From: Succinatimonas sp. CAG:777
Lineage (GTDB): Bacteria; Bacillota; Clostridia; Lachnospirales; Lachnospiraceae
DNA: 64,000 nt
Assembly: GCA_963650995.1 (NCBI GenBank)
Contig: CAVJMS010000004.1
Coordinates: forward strand, 20,485-84,484
Reading direction: 5' to 3'
Part shown: one piece after another, positions 19,570-28,275 of the stretch
Layout: every line of letters starts with the position of its first letter
How positions within the stretch are numbered: the first letter of the stretch is position 1
Program-made: the position numbers and the translations under genes
The notes under the pieces: generated by a model
What the model was told of the DNA's origin: nothing
The model's database searches: none
Seen by the model: the letters and a program-made list of their open reading frames with translations, nothing else

Positions 19570-21195
19570 CTAGCATACTTTGCGGTCTCTGTTCAATGAA
19601 ATCCGAAGCGCATCCTGCTCCTTGAGATAAAGGCCGGCGTCCTTCAGAAAGGCGGCGGCGATCAGAATGATGACGGCGCCGATCGGAAAGGCGGCGATAA
19701 TGCTGACGGACTGGAGGTTTGCCATGGAGCTGTCGGAGAATACGAGAGCAAGCGGCAGCAGGATGAGCAGCACCGACCAAAGGGCCTTGATCCATGTTTT
19801 CGGCTCCTCGTTTGCTCCGAGCGCCTTATAGCTGTATTGCGCAGCCACAAGCGCGATGGAATCGAAGGAGGTGGCGTAAAAGGCAATCATGGTGATGACC
19901 AGCAGAACCAGCACCGCGCCGGACAGCGGCAGCTGCTGCAGCACGGAAATGATCGTTGTATACAGATTTTCAGTTTTTTCATATATACCGACGATATTGA
20001 GACGGCCGGACATCTGAAGCCCCAGCCCGTAGTTTCCGAGGACAATGAAACTTACAAAGGTACTGCCCATGCCGAATACATAGCCGCCGAGAATGGTGGA
20101 GCGGATGGTGCGGCCGCGGGAAATAAAGCCGATAAAGAACGGCGCAGCTACACACCAGACCATCCAGTAGGCCCAGTAGAACACCGTCCAGTTCTGTACG
20201 AAGCCGGTGCTTCTTTCGGGATCGGTATAGGTAGAGAGTCCGATGAAGTTCTGCATGAGCCGTCCGACAGCCGAAAATCCGGTTTCCAGTATGAAGCGTG
20301 CTTCTCCTCCGAAGAGAAGCACATACAGAAGAAGGCCGTAAAAGCAGTAGGTGCAGACATTGGCCAGCAGTGAAACACCGCCCATGCCGCGCAGCACGGA
20401 GAAGGTATATACTGCACAGGTCAGAAGAAGGATGCCCATGGTAAGCATCCGGTCGGACATCGGAATACCGAAAAGTGATTTCAGGGCCTCACTGAGAAGC
20501 GGTGTAGCTACCGAAAAGGTCGTTGCGGTGCCGGCCAGCAGGGCAAATACCGCCAGGAGGTCGATGAGGCGGCCCGGCAGCCGGTCGGTATAGCGGCCGA
20601 GAATCGGCCGGCAGGCTTCGGAATATTTCTGACGCGTGCGTTTCCGCACATGAAGCATGAAGCCGAAGGCGGTCGCCAGGACGAGATAGAAGCCCCACGG
20701 CGTCGGCCCCCAGTGAAAGAGCGGAAAGGTCGAAGACCAGTCCATCCGGCTGCCCATTTCTGCGGTATGCGGGTCCTTCCAGTAAAGCAGCCATTCGCAC
20801 AGAGAGTAAAAAAGGATGTCGGCCGCCAGTCCGGCCGTAAACATCATGGCGCCCCATTGGAAGAAGCTGTATTTCGGCTTTTCATCCGGCGCCCCGAGGA
20901 CAATGCTTCCGTAGCGGGAGAAGGCGATATAGAGAGACAAAAGTGTGGTTCCGAAGCCGATCAGAAGATAGTACAGGCTGAAGCTGTCTCCGAGGAAGGC
21001 GCGGATGCCTCCGAGCACGGCATTGGACTTCGAAGGGAAAAGAAAAAAGAACACGGCCAGAGCGGCAATGAATACAAAGGGAACCCATGTCAGCATCCAG
21101 TCGATGCGATGGGCATCGGAAATGTCCGAAGCATTCGGAATAAAATGAAGAAAATGCGGTTTTTTCATGGTGCTGCGCGCTCGCTTCTTGTTCAT
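19570..21195 (-). CDS. BCCT family (betaine/carnitine/choline) transporter
   Basis: ~12 TM; WGAMMFTAG, FHWG, WTVFYWAYW, ISRGRTIR. Confidence 0.9.
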   Translation of the reverse strand: MNKKRARSTMKKPHFLHFIPNASDISDAHRIDWMLTWVPFVFIAALAVFFFLFPSKSNAVLGGIRAFLGDSFSLYYLLIGFGTTLLSLYIAFSRYGSIVLGAPDEKPKYSFFQWGAMMFTAGLAADILFYSLCEWLLYWKDPHTAEMGSRMDWSSTFPLFHWGPTPWGFYLVLATAFGFMLHVRKRTRQKYSEACRPILGRYTDRLPGRLIDLLAVFALLAGTATTFSVATPLLSEALKSLFGIPMSDRMLTMGILLLTCAVYTFSVLRGMGGVSLLANVCTYCFYGLLLYVLLFGGEARFILETGFSAVGRLMQNFIGLSTYTDPERSTGFVQNWTVFYWAYWMVWCVAAPFFIGFISRGRTIRSTILGGYVFGMGSTFVSFIVLGNYGLGLQMSGRLNIVGIYEKTENLYTTIISVLQQLPLSGAVLVLLVITMIAFYATSFDSIALVAAQYSYKALGANEEPKTWIKALWSVLLILLPLALVFSDSSMANLQSVSIIAAFPIGAVIILIAAAFLKDAGLYLKEQDALRISLNRDRKVC

Positions 21196-21223
21196 TTTTA
21201 GACCTCCTCGAATAATTTTGAAC

Positions 21224-21252
21224 AATATAGCATTGCCTGCGGCAGACGTCAA
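21224..21252 (-). promoter_or_regulatory. Sigma-A promoter of the BCCT gene
   Basis: Minus strand TTGACG-17 bp-TATATT. Confidence 0.65.
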
Positions 21253-21354
21253 GAAAAAGTCCCTATAAAAGGGAGGAGGGCAGGCAGCCTTGCGGCCCCT
21301 GCCCGAATATTATGAAAAAAATCTTCTTAAACAGATAACTCATTTGTTATCTTG
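21253..21354 (-). ncRNA. Candidate sRNA 1 (anti-AUG/anti-SD, csRNA-like)
   Basis: Own -10 (TATATT); 5' hairpin; UUUUUUUCAUAAUA; GCAA-capped hairpin; CUCCUCCC; hairpin plus U tract; paralog near 46.2 kb. Confidence 0.55.
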
Positions 21355-21359
21355 GCTAT

Positions 21360-21445
21360 AATATAAAAGTCAATGGTGAACAAAGTATGTGAGCGGCATG
21401 AACATTTTGTAAACATTGAAATTCAAATATGAACGGAAAATGAAC
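21360..21445 (-). promoter_or_regulatory. -10 box plus GTTCAT/GTTTAC direct repeats (response-regulator-like sites)
   Basis: + strand hexamers GTGAAC 21376, ATGAAC 21398, GTAAAC 21409, ATGAAC 21429, ATGAAC 21440; the first is 10 bp from the -10. Confidence 0.55.
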
Positions 21446-21457
21446 GGCCGCCGGAGC

Positions 21458-22294
21458 TCACTTCTTCCGGCTCTGAATCAGATAGCACGGTACGCCGACA
21501 AACAGCATGCCGCCGAGGATGTTTCCGAGGGTGACCGGAATAAAGCTGTGCAGGCTGTTCAGTGCAGTCAGCTGCTGAAGCTGCATTTCGGTAATGCCGT
21601 AGACCTCCTGGGCCTTGGCCGCATAGACGGGATTACCGGCGGCCAGAATACCGGACGGAATGTAGAACATATTGGCGACACAGTGCTCGAAGCCGCCTAC
21701 CACGAAGGCAAGGATCGGGAAGAAGATCGCCCAGACCTTTCCGGCAATGTCCGAGGCCGCTGCGGCCATCAGCACGGCGATGCATACGAGGATGTTGCAG
21801 AGAATGCCGGAGCAGATGCCGTGCAGCGGGGTGATGGAGATCTTTCCGAGCGCAACCTTGATGGTATAGGCGCCGAGCAGTCCGTCGGTATAGTCGAGGT
21901 TTCCGGAATAAAAGATCAGGAGATCCACCAGCAGTGCGCCGACGAGGTTGCTGAGATATACGATGCAGAGACTACGGAGACAGCTCCGGGTCGTCACCTT
22001 TCCGCACATGACATCCATCACCATCAGGCAGTCACCGGTGAAGAGCTCGCCGCCGACGAATACGATCATCATGAGACCGACCGGGAAAATGCAGCCGGCC
22101 AGGGCCCGGGCGAGTCCGACGTTCGAAATGTTGTGGACGGCTGTACTGCTGGTCGCGCCGCCCAGGGCAATGAAGGCGCCCGCCATGATACCGAGAAGAA
22201 TCATCTTCCCGAGCGGCAGCTGGGATTTTCGCTTGCCGCCCTCCAGTGTGGCGCTGATGACCTCGGCCGGCGTGTTGAAATGCTGTTCTGTCAT
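21458..22294 (-). CDS. Formate/nitrite transporter family protein
   Basis: GIMAGAFIALG, GGELFTGD, CNILVC, GFEHCVANM, GNILGG. Confidence 0.93.
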   Translation of the reverse strand: MTEQHFNTPAEVISATLEGGKRKSQLPLGKMILLGIMAGAFIALGGATSSTAVHNISNVGLARALAGCIFPVGLMMIVFVGGELFTGDCLMVMDVMCGKVTTRSCLRSLCIVYLSNLVGALLVDLLIFYSGNLDYTDGLLGAYTIKVALGKISITPLHGICSGILCNILVCIAVLMAAAASDIAGKVWAIFFPILAFVVGGFEHCVANMFYIPSGILAAGNPVYAAKAQEVYGITEMQLQQLTALNSLHSFIPVTLGNILGGMLFVGVPCYLIQSRKK

Positions 22295-22452
22295 AATTTC
22301 TCCTTTTGCAATCCTTCGGTGCTGCCGGAGAGAATCTGCCTTTTTATATACAGGGCCCCTCCGGGCTGACATTGTTTATTTAGTGTCAAGGTGCTGTAAG
22401 TATACAGTACACTTCGTGCAGGAAAATAGTTCTAAATTTCATACAGCACATC

Positions 22453-22506
22453 TTGATGATCACAAACGGCATGTGGTATACTGAAACTGCTCTGAAAACG
22501 CTTACA
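22453..22506 (+). promoter_or_regulatory. Promoter and cre/LacI-type operator upstream of the PfkB kinase
   Basis: TTGATG...TGGTATACT, then TGAAAACGCTTACA (22493-22506) matching TGWAANCGNTNWCA. Confidence 0.65.
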
Positions 22507-22591
22507 GACATGAAACATGCACAAAAGCGTTTTTAAGTAAACCAGTTAGGTTCTGTCGGCATAGTGCAGGCAGTTTAAAATGGAGGAAGTT

Positions 22592-23689
22592 ATGGATTTA
22601 AATTTAAGACCAGCCAATGAGTGTGCATTCGATGCAGTTTCGCTGGGCGAGGTTATGCTTCGTCTGGATCCGGGTGAGGGCAGAATCAGAACTGCCAGAT
22701 CCTTCCGTGCATGGGAAGGCGGCGGAGAGTACAACGTAATCCGCGGACTTCGTAAGTGCTTCGGTCTCAAGACCGCTGTTCTGACAGCACTTGCAGACAA
22801 TGAGGTCGGCCATCTGGTAGAGGACTTCATGATGCAGGGCGGCGTGGATACATCCCTTGTAAAGTGGATGGACACCGACGGTATCGGCCGTGTATGCAGA
22901 AACGGTTTGAACTTCACGGAGAGAGGCTTCGGCATCCGTGGTGCAAAGGGCTGCTCGGATCGTGCAAATACCGCCATCTCAAAGGCTACACCGGCTGATT
23001 TTGACTTTGATTACATTTTCGGTGAGCTCGGTGTTCGTTGGCTTCATACCGGCGGTATCTATGCAGCTCTTTCCGAGCAGGCTTCCGAGACCGCGATTGC
23101 TGCCATCAAGGCTGCAAAGAAGTACGGCACCATCGTTTCCTACGACCTGAACTATCGTCCTTCCATGTGGTCAGCGATCGGCGGCCAGGCAAAGGCACAG
23201 GAAGTAAATAAGGAAATTGCACAGTATGTGGATGTTATGATCGGCAACGAGGAAGACTTCACAGCCTGCCTTGGCTTCCAGATCGAGGGCCAGGATGAGT
23301 CTCTGAAGGAGCTGAACATCGACGGCTACAAGAAGATGATCAACGAGGCTGTAAAGACCTACCCGAACTTCAAGGCCGTTGCAACCACACTTCGTACCGT
23401 ACATACCGCAACCGTAAACGACTGGTCCGCACTTTGCTGGGCAGACGGCGAGATCTATAAGGCAGCAGATTACAAGGGCCTCGAGATCATGGATCGTGTC
23501 GGCGGCGGTGATTCCTTCGCATCCGGCCTCATCTATGGCCTCATGACCACCGGTGATGCAGAGAAGGCCGTAAACTACGGTGCTGCACACGGTGCACTTG
23601 CAATGACGACACCGGGTGATACCACGATGGCAACCAAGAAGGAAGTCGAGGGCATCATGGGCGGTGCCGGCGCACGCGTACAGCGTTAA
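22592..23689 (+). CDS. kdgK: PfkB-family sugar kinase, 2-keto-3-deoxygluconate kinase-like
   Basis: LGEVMLRL, GGGEYNV, SYDLNYRPSMW, GNEED, DRVGGGDSF. Confidence 0.75.
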   Translation: MDLNLRPANECAFDAVSLGEVMLRLDPGEGRIRTARSFRAWEGGGEYNVIRGLRKCFGLKTAVLTALADNEVGHLVEDFMMQGGVDTSLVKWMDTDGIGRVCRNGLNFTERGFGIRGAKGCSDRANTAISKATPADFDFDYIFGELGVRWLHTGGIYAALSEQASETAIAAIKAAKKYGTIVSYDLNYRPSMWSAIGGQAKAQEVNKEIAQYVDVMIGNEEDFTACLGFQIEGQDESLKELNIDGYKKMINEAVKTYPNFKAVATTLRTVHTATVNDWSALCWADGEIYKAADYKGLEIMDRVGGGDSFASGLIYGLMTTGDAEKAVNYGAAHGALAMTTPGDTTMATKKEVEGIMGGAGARVQR

Positions 23690-23711
23690 TTCTTCCGAAA
23701 CGGACATAAAG

Positions 23712-23741
23712 AAAAAGGAGCAGCGATGCTGCTCCTTTTTT
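23712..23741. terminator. Bidirectional terminator
   Basis: AAAAAGGAGCAGC/GCTGCTCCTTTTT between convergent genes. Confidence 0.85.
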
Positions 23742-23756
23742 AATGCAAATCCGTGC

Positions 23757-24452
23757 TCAGCCGGCGAAATTTATAACGATCGGGACCAGAATGACGGTCA
23801 GAATACCGGCGACGCAGATGCTGATGGAGCTCATGGCGCCTTCGATTTCACCAAGCTCCAGGGCCTTCGCCGTACCGACCGCATGGGCACTGGTGCCGAG
23901 GGCCAGTCCCCGGGCAATGGGATGGTCGATATGAAACAGACGGAAAATGGTTTCTGCAATCATGTTTCCGAGAATACCGGTCATGACGATGGCCGCTACG
24001 GTCAGGGTGACGATGCCGCCGGCCTCTTCGGAAACGCCCATGCCGATGGCGGTTGTGATGGACTTCGGAAGAAGAGTGGAAATGTGCTCGGCGCTCAGTC
24101 CGAACAGCCTGCCCATCAGAAGAATGCTGAGAATGGAGCAGACGGTACCGGCCGTAATGGACGCCAGCACTGCAGTCAGATTGTCCTTCAGGAGACGAAG
24201 CTGCTTATACATCGGGATGGCCAGGCATACGGTGGCCGGTGTCAGCAGATAGCTTAAGAGACTGGCGCTGTCCTTGTAATCCTCATAAGGGATATGAAGC
24301 ACCAGCAGCACGGCTACAATCAGAACCGTGGAGACCAGCAGCGGATTCAGAAGAGCGAAGCGGAAGCGTGCCTTGATCTGAACCGCCAGAAGGAACAGGA
24401 AAATACTCAGAAACAGTCCGAAATAGCTGGAATTTAATAAGGCTTCTCTCAT
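23757..24452 (-). CDS. LrgB/CidB family protein
   Basis: LLTPATVCLAIPMY, PKSITTAIG, GTSAHAVGT. Confidence 0.93.
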   Translation of the reverse strand: MREALLNSSYFGLFLSIFLFLLAVQIKARFRFALLNPLLVSTVLIVAVLLVLHIPYEDYKDSASLLSYLLTPATVCLAIPMYKQLRLLKDNLTAVLASITAGTVCSILSILLMGRLFGLSAEHISTLLPKSITTAIGMGVSEEAGGIVTLTVAAIVMTGILGNMIAETIFRLFHIDHPIARGLALGTSAHAVGTAKALELGEIEGAMSSISICVAGILTVILVPIVINFAG

Positions 24453-24853
24453 AGCATCGTCTCCTCCCGATGAGCTTCTGTCTGCTCCAGCGCCTGATCC
24501 TGCAGGGATTCCTGTTTATTCAGAATCACTGAAGCGGTGCGTCCGGTCACGACCATTACAATGACCGTCGATACCGCAATGATCACAAGGTACGGAAGCA
24601 GCACCGGCAGCAGAATGTCGATGACGCTCATGATACCGACCGAGGCCGGAATAAACATCATGGTCATGGTATCGAGAAGAAAATTTCCGGTATCCTCCAC
24701 ATCCGGAAGCTTTACAAGGCCGCACATCAGGGCGGCCAGAAGAAGGATCATCCCATAGACACCGGCCGGTACCGGCAGCGGCAGCAGCGTGTTCAGAAGC
24801 TCTCCCGCGAAGGTGAAGGCGATGATCCACATCACCTGTTTTACATACTTCAT
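24449..24853 (-). CDS. CidA/LrgA family holin-like protein
   Basis: GELL..LLPLPVPAGVYG, MFIPASVG; coupled to lrgB. Confidence 0.92.
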   Translation of the reverse strand: MKYVKQVMWIIAFTFAGELLNTLLPLPVPAGVYGMILLLAALMCGLVKLPDVEDTGNFLLDTMTMMFIPASVGIMSVIDILLPVLLPYLVIIAVSTVIVMVVTGRTASVILNKQESLQDQALEQTEAHREETML

Positions 24854-25011
24854 GGCTCTCTCTTTTCTGCATGCCGGATGCTCAGGCGGCTCCTGCCGCA
24901 GGACGGCCTGCACTGTTTTCATTAAAGTATCTGCAGGGAGATAGGATATACCCGCAGGAAGCCGGTGTAAAGCGAAAATGTTTCATTGAGAAGACTTCCG
25001 GATGTTCAATA

Positions 25012-25143
25012 TTCAGAGCCATCCAGCAAAATGCTTCGCATTTCGCTGGATATGGCGTATCCGCCACATAAAATCCCAAAAAAACAGGCATGAAAACGCG
25101 GGCGTTCCATGCCTGTTTTTTTGGGATTTTGCATGGCTCTGAA
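25012..25143. repeat. ~130-bp structured dispersed element, copy A
   Basis: Terminal IR TTCAGAGCCAT/ATGGCTCTGAA enclosing three hairpins; homologous to 63315-63452. Confidence 0.8.
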
Positions 25144-25156
25144 CGGTTGCACATAA

Positions 25157-25185
25157 TTGACAGTTATATCAGACGATACTATAAT
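25157..25185 (+). promoter_or_regulatory. Consensus sigma-A promoter
   Basis: TTGACA-17 bp-TATAAT. Confidence 0.85.
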
Positions 25186-25261
25186 AAAAAAAGGAACGAT
25201 CAGCCGAATGGATACCGCCTGCGCGGTATCCATTCTCTTTGAATAAGGGGGAGTATAAAAT

Positions 25262-25990
25262 ATGCCTACAGGAATTATCATCAATGTACTGTCAGTTGCC
25301 GTCGGAGGGCTCATCGGAACAGCAGCGGGCCACAAGCTGAGTCTGGATTTTAAGGAAAATCTCAACATGATCTTCGGGGCCTGCGCCATGTCCATGGGGA
25401 TCAGCAGCATTGTCCTGATGGAAAACATGCCGGCGGTGATTTTTGCAATCGTCGTCGGAACCGCCGTCGGTCTTGCGATTCACTTCGGAGATGCCATCGC
25501 GAAGGCCTGCACCTGGATGGAGGGCATCGTTTCGAAAGTGGTGAAGCGGAAGGAATCGGCCATCTCCGAGGAGGAATTCCGCTCCGCGCTCATTACCATC
25601 ATTGTCCTTTTCTGCGCCAGCGGTACAGGAATTTACGGCTCCATTGTGGCCGGCATGACCGGTGACCAGACGATTCTGATCGCAAAATCCGTCCTGGATA
25701 TCTTTACGGCCATCATCTTTGCCTGCCTCCTGGGACCGGTGGTTTCCTTCATTGCCCTTCCGCAGTTCGTGGTATTTATGATTCTCTACGCACTGGCGGG
25801 GGTGATCTATCCGCTGACCACGCCGGCCATGATCAATGATTTCAAGGCCTGCGGCGGCATTCTGCTGCTGGCGACCGGCTTCCGCATGATCAAGGTGAAG
25901 ATGTTTCCGACGGCGGACATGATCCCGGCGATGATTCTCGTGATGCCGATCAGCTTTTTCTGGACCAATGTACTGATGCCGCTGCTGTAA
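25262..25990 (+). CDS. DUF554 family membrane protein
   Basis: GIIINV..GGLIG, LFCASGTGIYGSI, AKSVLD, GGILLLATG. Confidence 0.88.
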   Translation: MPTGIIINVLSVAVGGLIGTAAGHKLSLDFKENLNMIFGACAMSMGISSIVLMENMPAVIFAIVVGTAVGLAIHFGDAIAKACTWMEGIVSKVVKRKESAISEEEFRSALITIIVLFCASGTGIYGSIVAGMTGDQTILIAKSVLDIFTAIIFACLLGPVVSFIALPQFVVFMILYALAGVIYPLTTPAMINDFKACGGILLLATGFRMIKVKMFPTADMIPAMILVMPISFFWTNVLMPLL

Positions 25991-26101
25991 GGGATACGGT
26001 ATCTGATTCCGTGCACTTCTGCGGTTGTGCTTTACGGAAAAATCATTATACTAGAATCTGATAGTCATTGGCTCAGGTTCTGGTTCATATGGAGGGTAAA
26101 G

Positions 26102-26971
26102 ATGGAAGAGTTTAAGCCTGTGAAGGAAGGTAAGGTTCGTGAGATTTATGATCTCGGCGATAAGCTCATCATGGTCGCAACCGACCGTATTTCCGCGTTT
26201 GATGTGATTCTGCATAATCAGATTACGGAAAAGGGCAAGGTGCTCACGCAGATGTCGAAGTTCTGGTTTGAGCTCACGAAGGACGTGATTCCGAACGATC
26301 TTATTTCGGTAGAGAATAAGGACATGCCGGAGTATTTTCAGCAGTCGGCGTTTGAGGGCAGAGCAACGCTGTGCAAGAAGCTTGAGATGATTCCGATCGA
26401 GTGCATTGTCCGCGGATATATCACCGGCTCCGGTTGGGAAAATTATAAGAAGGACGGCACCATCTGCGGAATGAAGCTTCCGGAGGGACTTGTGGAGTGC
26501 CAGAAGCTTCCGGAGCCGCTGTATACACCATCCACCAAGGCCGAGCTCGGCGATCATGATGAGAACATCAATTTCGAGCAGTCCATCGAGGTGCTGGAGA
26601 AGGCCTTCCCGGGCAAGGGCGCGGAGATCGCAGAAAAGATCAAGGATGCCACCATCGCGGTTTATAAGAAGTGCGCGGATTATGCATTGACGAAGGGTAT
26701 CATCATTGCCGATACGAAATTTGAGTTCGGCCTCGATGAGGACGGCAATGTTCTGCTGGCGGACGAGGTTCTGACACCGGACAGCTCCCGCTTCTGGCGG
26801 CTCGATCAGTACAAGCCGGGCGAGGGTCAGGCCAGCTTCGACAAGCAGTTTGTCCGCAACTGGCTGAAGGCAAATCCGGACAACAATGCAACACTTCCGC
26901 AGGATGTGGTAGATAAGACCATTGCCCTCTATAAGGAAGCATATACCATGCTGACCGGCGAGGAAATCTAA
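26102..26971 (+). CDS. purC: SAICAR synthetase
   Basis: EGKVREIY, TDRISAFD, ECIVRGYITGSGW, ADTKFEFG, DEVLTPDSSRFW. Confidence 0.97.
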   Translation: MEEFKPVKEGKVREIYDLGDKLIMVATDRISAFDVILHNQITEKGKVLTQMSKFWFELTKDVIPNDLISVENKDMPEYFQQSAFEGRATLCKKLEMIPIECIVRGYITGSGWENYKKDGTICGMKLPEGLVECQKLPEPLYTPSTKAELGDHDENINFEQSIEVLEKAFPGKGAEIAEKIKDATIAVYKKCADYALTKGIIIADTKFEFGLDEDGNVLLADEVLTPDSSRFWRLDQYKPGEGQASFDKQFVRNWLKANPDNNATLPQDVVDKTIALYKEAYTMLTGEEI

Positions 26972-27003
26972 GGAAATGCTGATTAAATCAGCATTTCCCT
27001 AAG
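26968..27003. repeat. REP-like palindrome, copy 3
   Basis: GGAAATGCTGAT-TAA-ATCAGCATTTCC at the purC stop. Confidence 0.75.
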
Positions 27004-27020
27004 TTACCGTAATTTATATG

Positions 27021-27058
27021 AAACGGACGGAGTGGGAGACTGCGCCGTCCGTTTTTTT
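27021..27058 (+). terminator. Intrinsic terminator after purC
   Basis: AAACGGACGG...CCGTCCGTTTTTTT. Confidence 0.75.
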
Positions 27059-27086
27059 CATGAGAGGATCGACAGGGAGAGTCCAT

Positions 27087-28259
27087 ATGGCAGATCAGGC
27101 GTCCGGAAAGGAAAACCACGGCATCACCGAAAAAAAGGTCGAGTACATCGAGCTTTTTTTTGACCTTATTTTTGTATACAGTCTTCGTACCATCAATTCA
27201 CTTTTTCATGCCTATGAGGAGTCCTTTCCGCCGCTCCGTACGATTACGACCTTCCTCTTTCTGACGGCGGTGGTCATGCAGGTGTGGATGTTTACCACCA
27301 TGTTCTTTAACCGCTACGGCCGGAAGGCGCTGCGGGATTATGTCAGCATTCTCCTGAATATGTATCTTCTCTACTATATGGCGAGCGGCTCGAACCTTCA
27401 CTGGGTAGAGCATTATATCCGCTATCACGGCGCCTGGGCACTGATTATGCTGAACCTGGCGGCCCGAAGTATGGATCAGCTGGCATTTTCGCAGGATCTC
27501 AAGGAAAGCGACCGCCGGATTCTTTTGAATGATGTGCGGCTTCTGCTTTGCGAGGCCATCATTATCCTGTTCTCCATCGTGATTTATCAATGGAGCGGTG
27601 TTGTGCTGTCGCCGATTGCCCTGATCTACGGCTATGCCGCGAAGCTGGCGGAATACCGCGCCTATCGGACGAGTCCCTGTGACTTCCCGCATCTGGCGGA
27701 GCGAAATCTCCTTCTGGTGATTCTGACCTTCGGCGAAATGATCATCGGTATTTCCGGCTTTTTCGAGTCCGGACGCAGCATCTGGATGAATGTCACGCCG
27801 TTTCTGATCGTGATCGGCATGTTCCTGAGCTACGCCTTTCTGCATGACAATGTGCTCGACCACCACTGCCGGACCTCCGGCCTCGGTTATCTCGCCGTGC
27901 ATGTCATCATGCTTCTGGTAATCAATTCCATTACGATTGCCATGGAGCTGCTGGCGCGTCCGATGGTGCCGATTCTTCCGAAGAGTACATGGATGGTATC
28001 CATGCTGTTTCTGTACTATGTCTGCCTTCTGGGCCTTGACCGCTATGCAAAGAAGGAACTGCGGGCGAACCGCATCCGGTCGTTTGTCTGCATTCTGTCC
28101 ATGCTCTTAATGTACTTCGGACTCATGCAGCTTGCGGCGCAGCATCTGCTCGCGGGCGCCGTCATTACCCTGGTGCTCGTTTACGGCATTTTCTTCCTGA
28201 TACTGCACATGCATCACAGCAGCCTTCGGAAGATGAAGCTGGGCGGCTATATTTCCTGA
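27087..28259 (+). CDS. Low temperature requirement protein A (LtrA) family membrane protein
   Basis: ELFFDLIFVY, NRYG, HLAER..LLVILTFGE. Confidence 0.88.
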   Translation: MADQASGKENHGITEKKVEYIELFFDLIFVYSLRTINSLFHAYEESFPPLRTITTFLFLTAVVMQVWMFTTMFFNRYGRKALRDYVSILLNMYLLYYMASGSNLHWVEHYIRYHGAWALIMLNLAARSMDQLAFSQDLKESDRRILLNDVRLLLCEAIIILFSIVIYQWSGVVLSPIALIYGYAAKLAEYRAYRTSPCDFPHLAERNLLLVILTFGEMIIGISGFFESGRSIWMNVTPFLIVIGMFLSYAFLHDNVLDHHCRTSGLGYLAVHVIMLLVINSITIAMELLARPMVPILPKSTWMVSMLFLYYVCLLGLDRYAKKELRANRIRSFVCILSMLLMYFGLMQLAAQHLLAGAVITLVLVYGIFFLILHMHHSSLRKMKLGGYIS

Positions 28260-28275
28260 CAGACGGAGGCAGAGT

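Noticed and set aside
19570..21195. BCCT transporter as choline supplier for LicD
   Set aside because: Not adjacent, and no licA/licC in the window; no sequence support for the link
21312..21338. + strand micro-ORFs MKKIFLNR (and MKNLSIGKIY at 46211) behind GGAG
   Set aside because: The SD is ~35 nt from the ATG, while promoter, loop sequences and terminator all point to the minus strand; not fully excluded
23757..24853. Prophage lysis cassette
   Set aside because: CidA/LrgA-LrgB pairs are ordinary chromosomal genes, and no phage genes are nearby
25991..26101. Purine or ZTP riboswitch upstream of purC
   Set aside because: Leader is short and shows no recognisable aptamer or terminator
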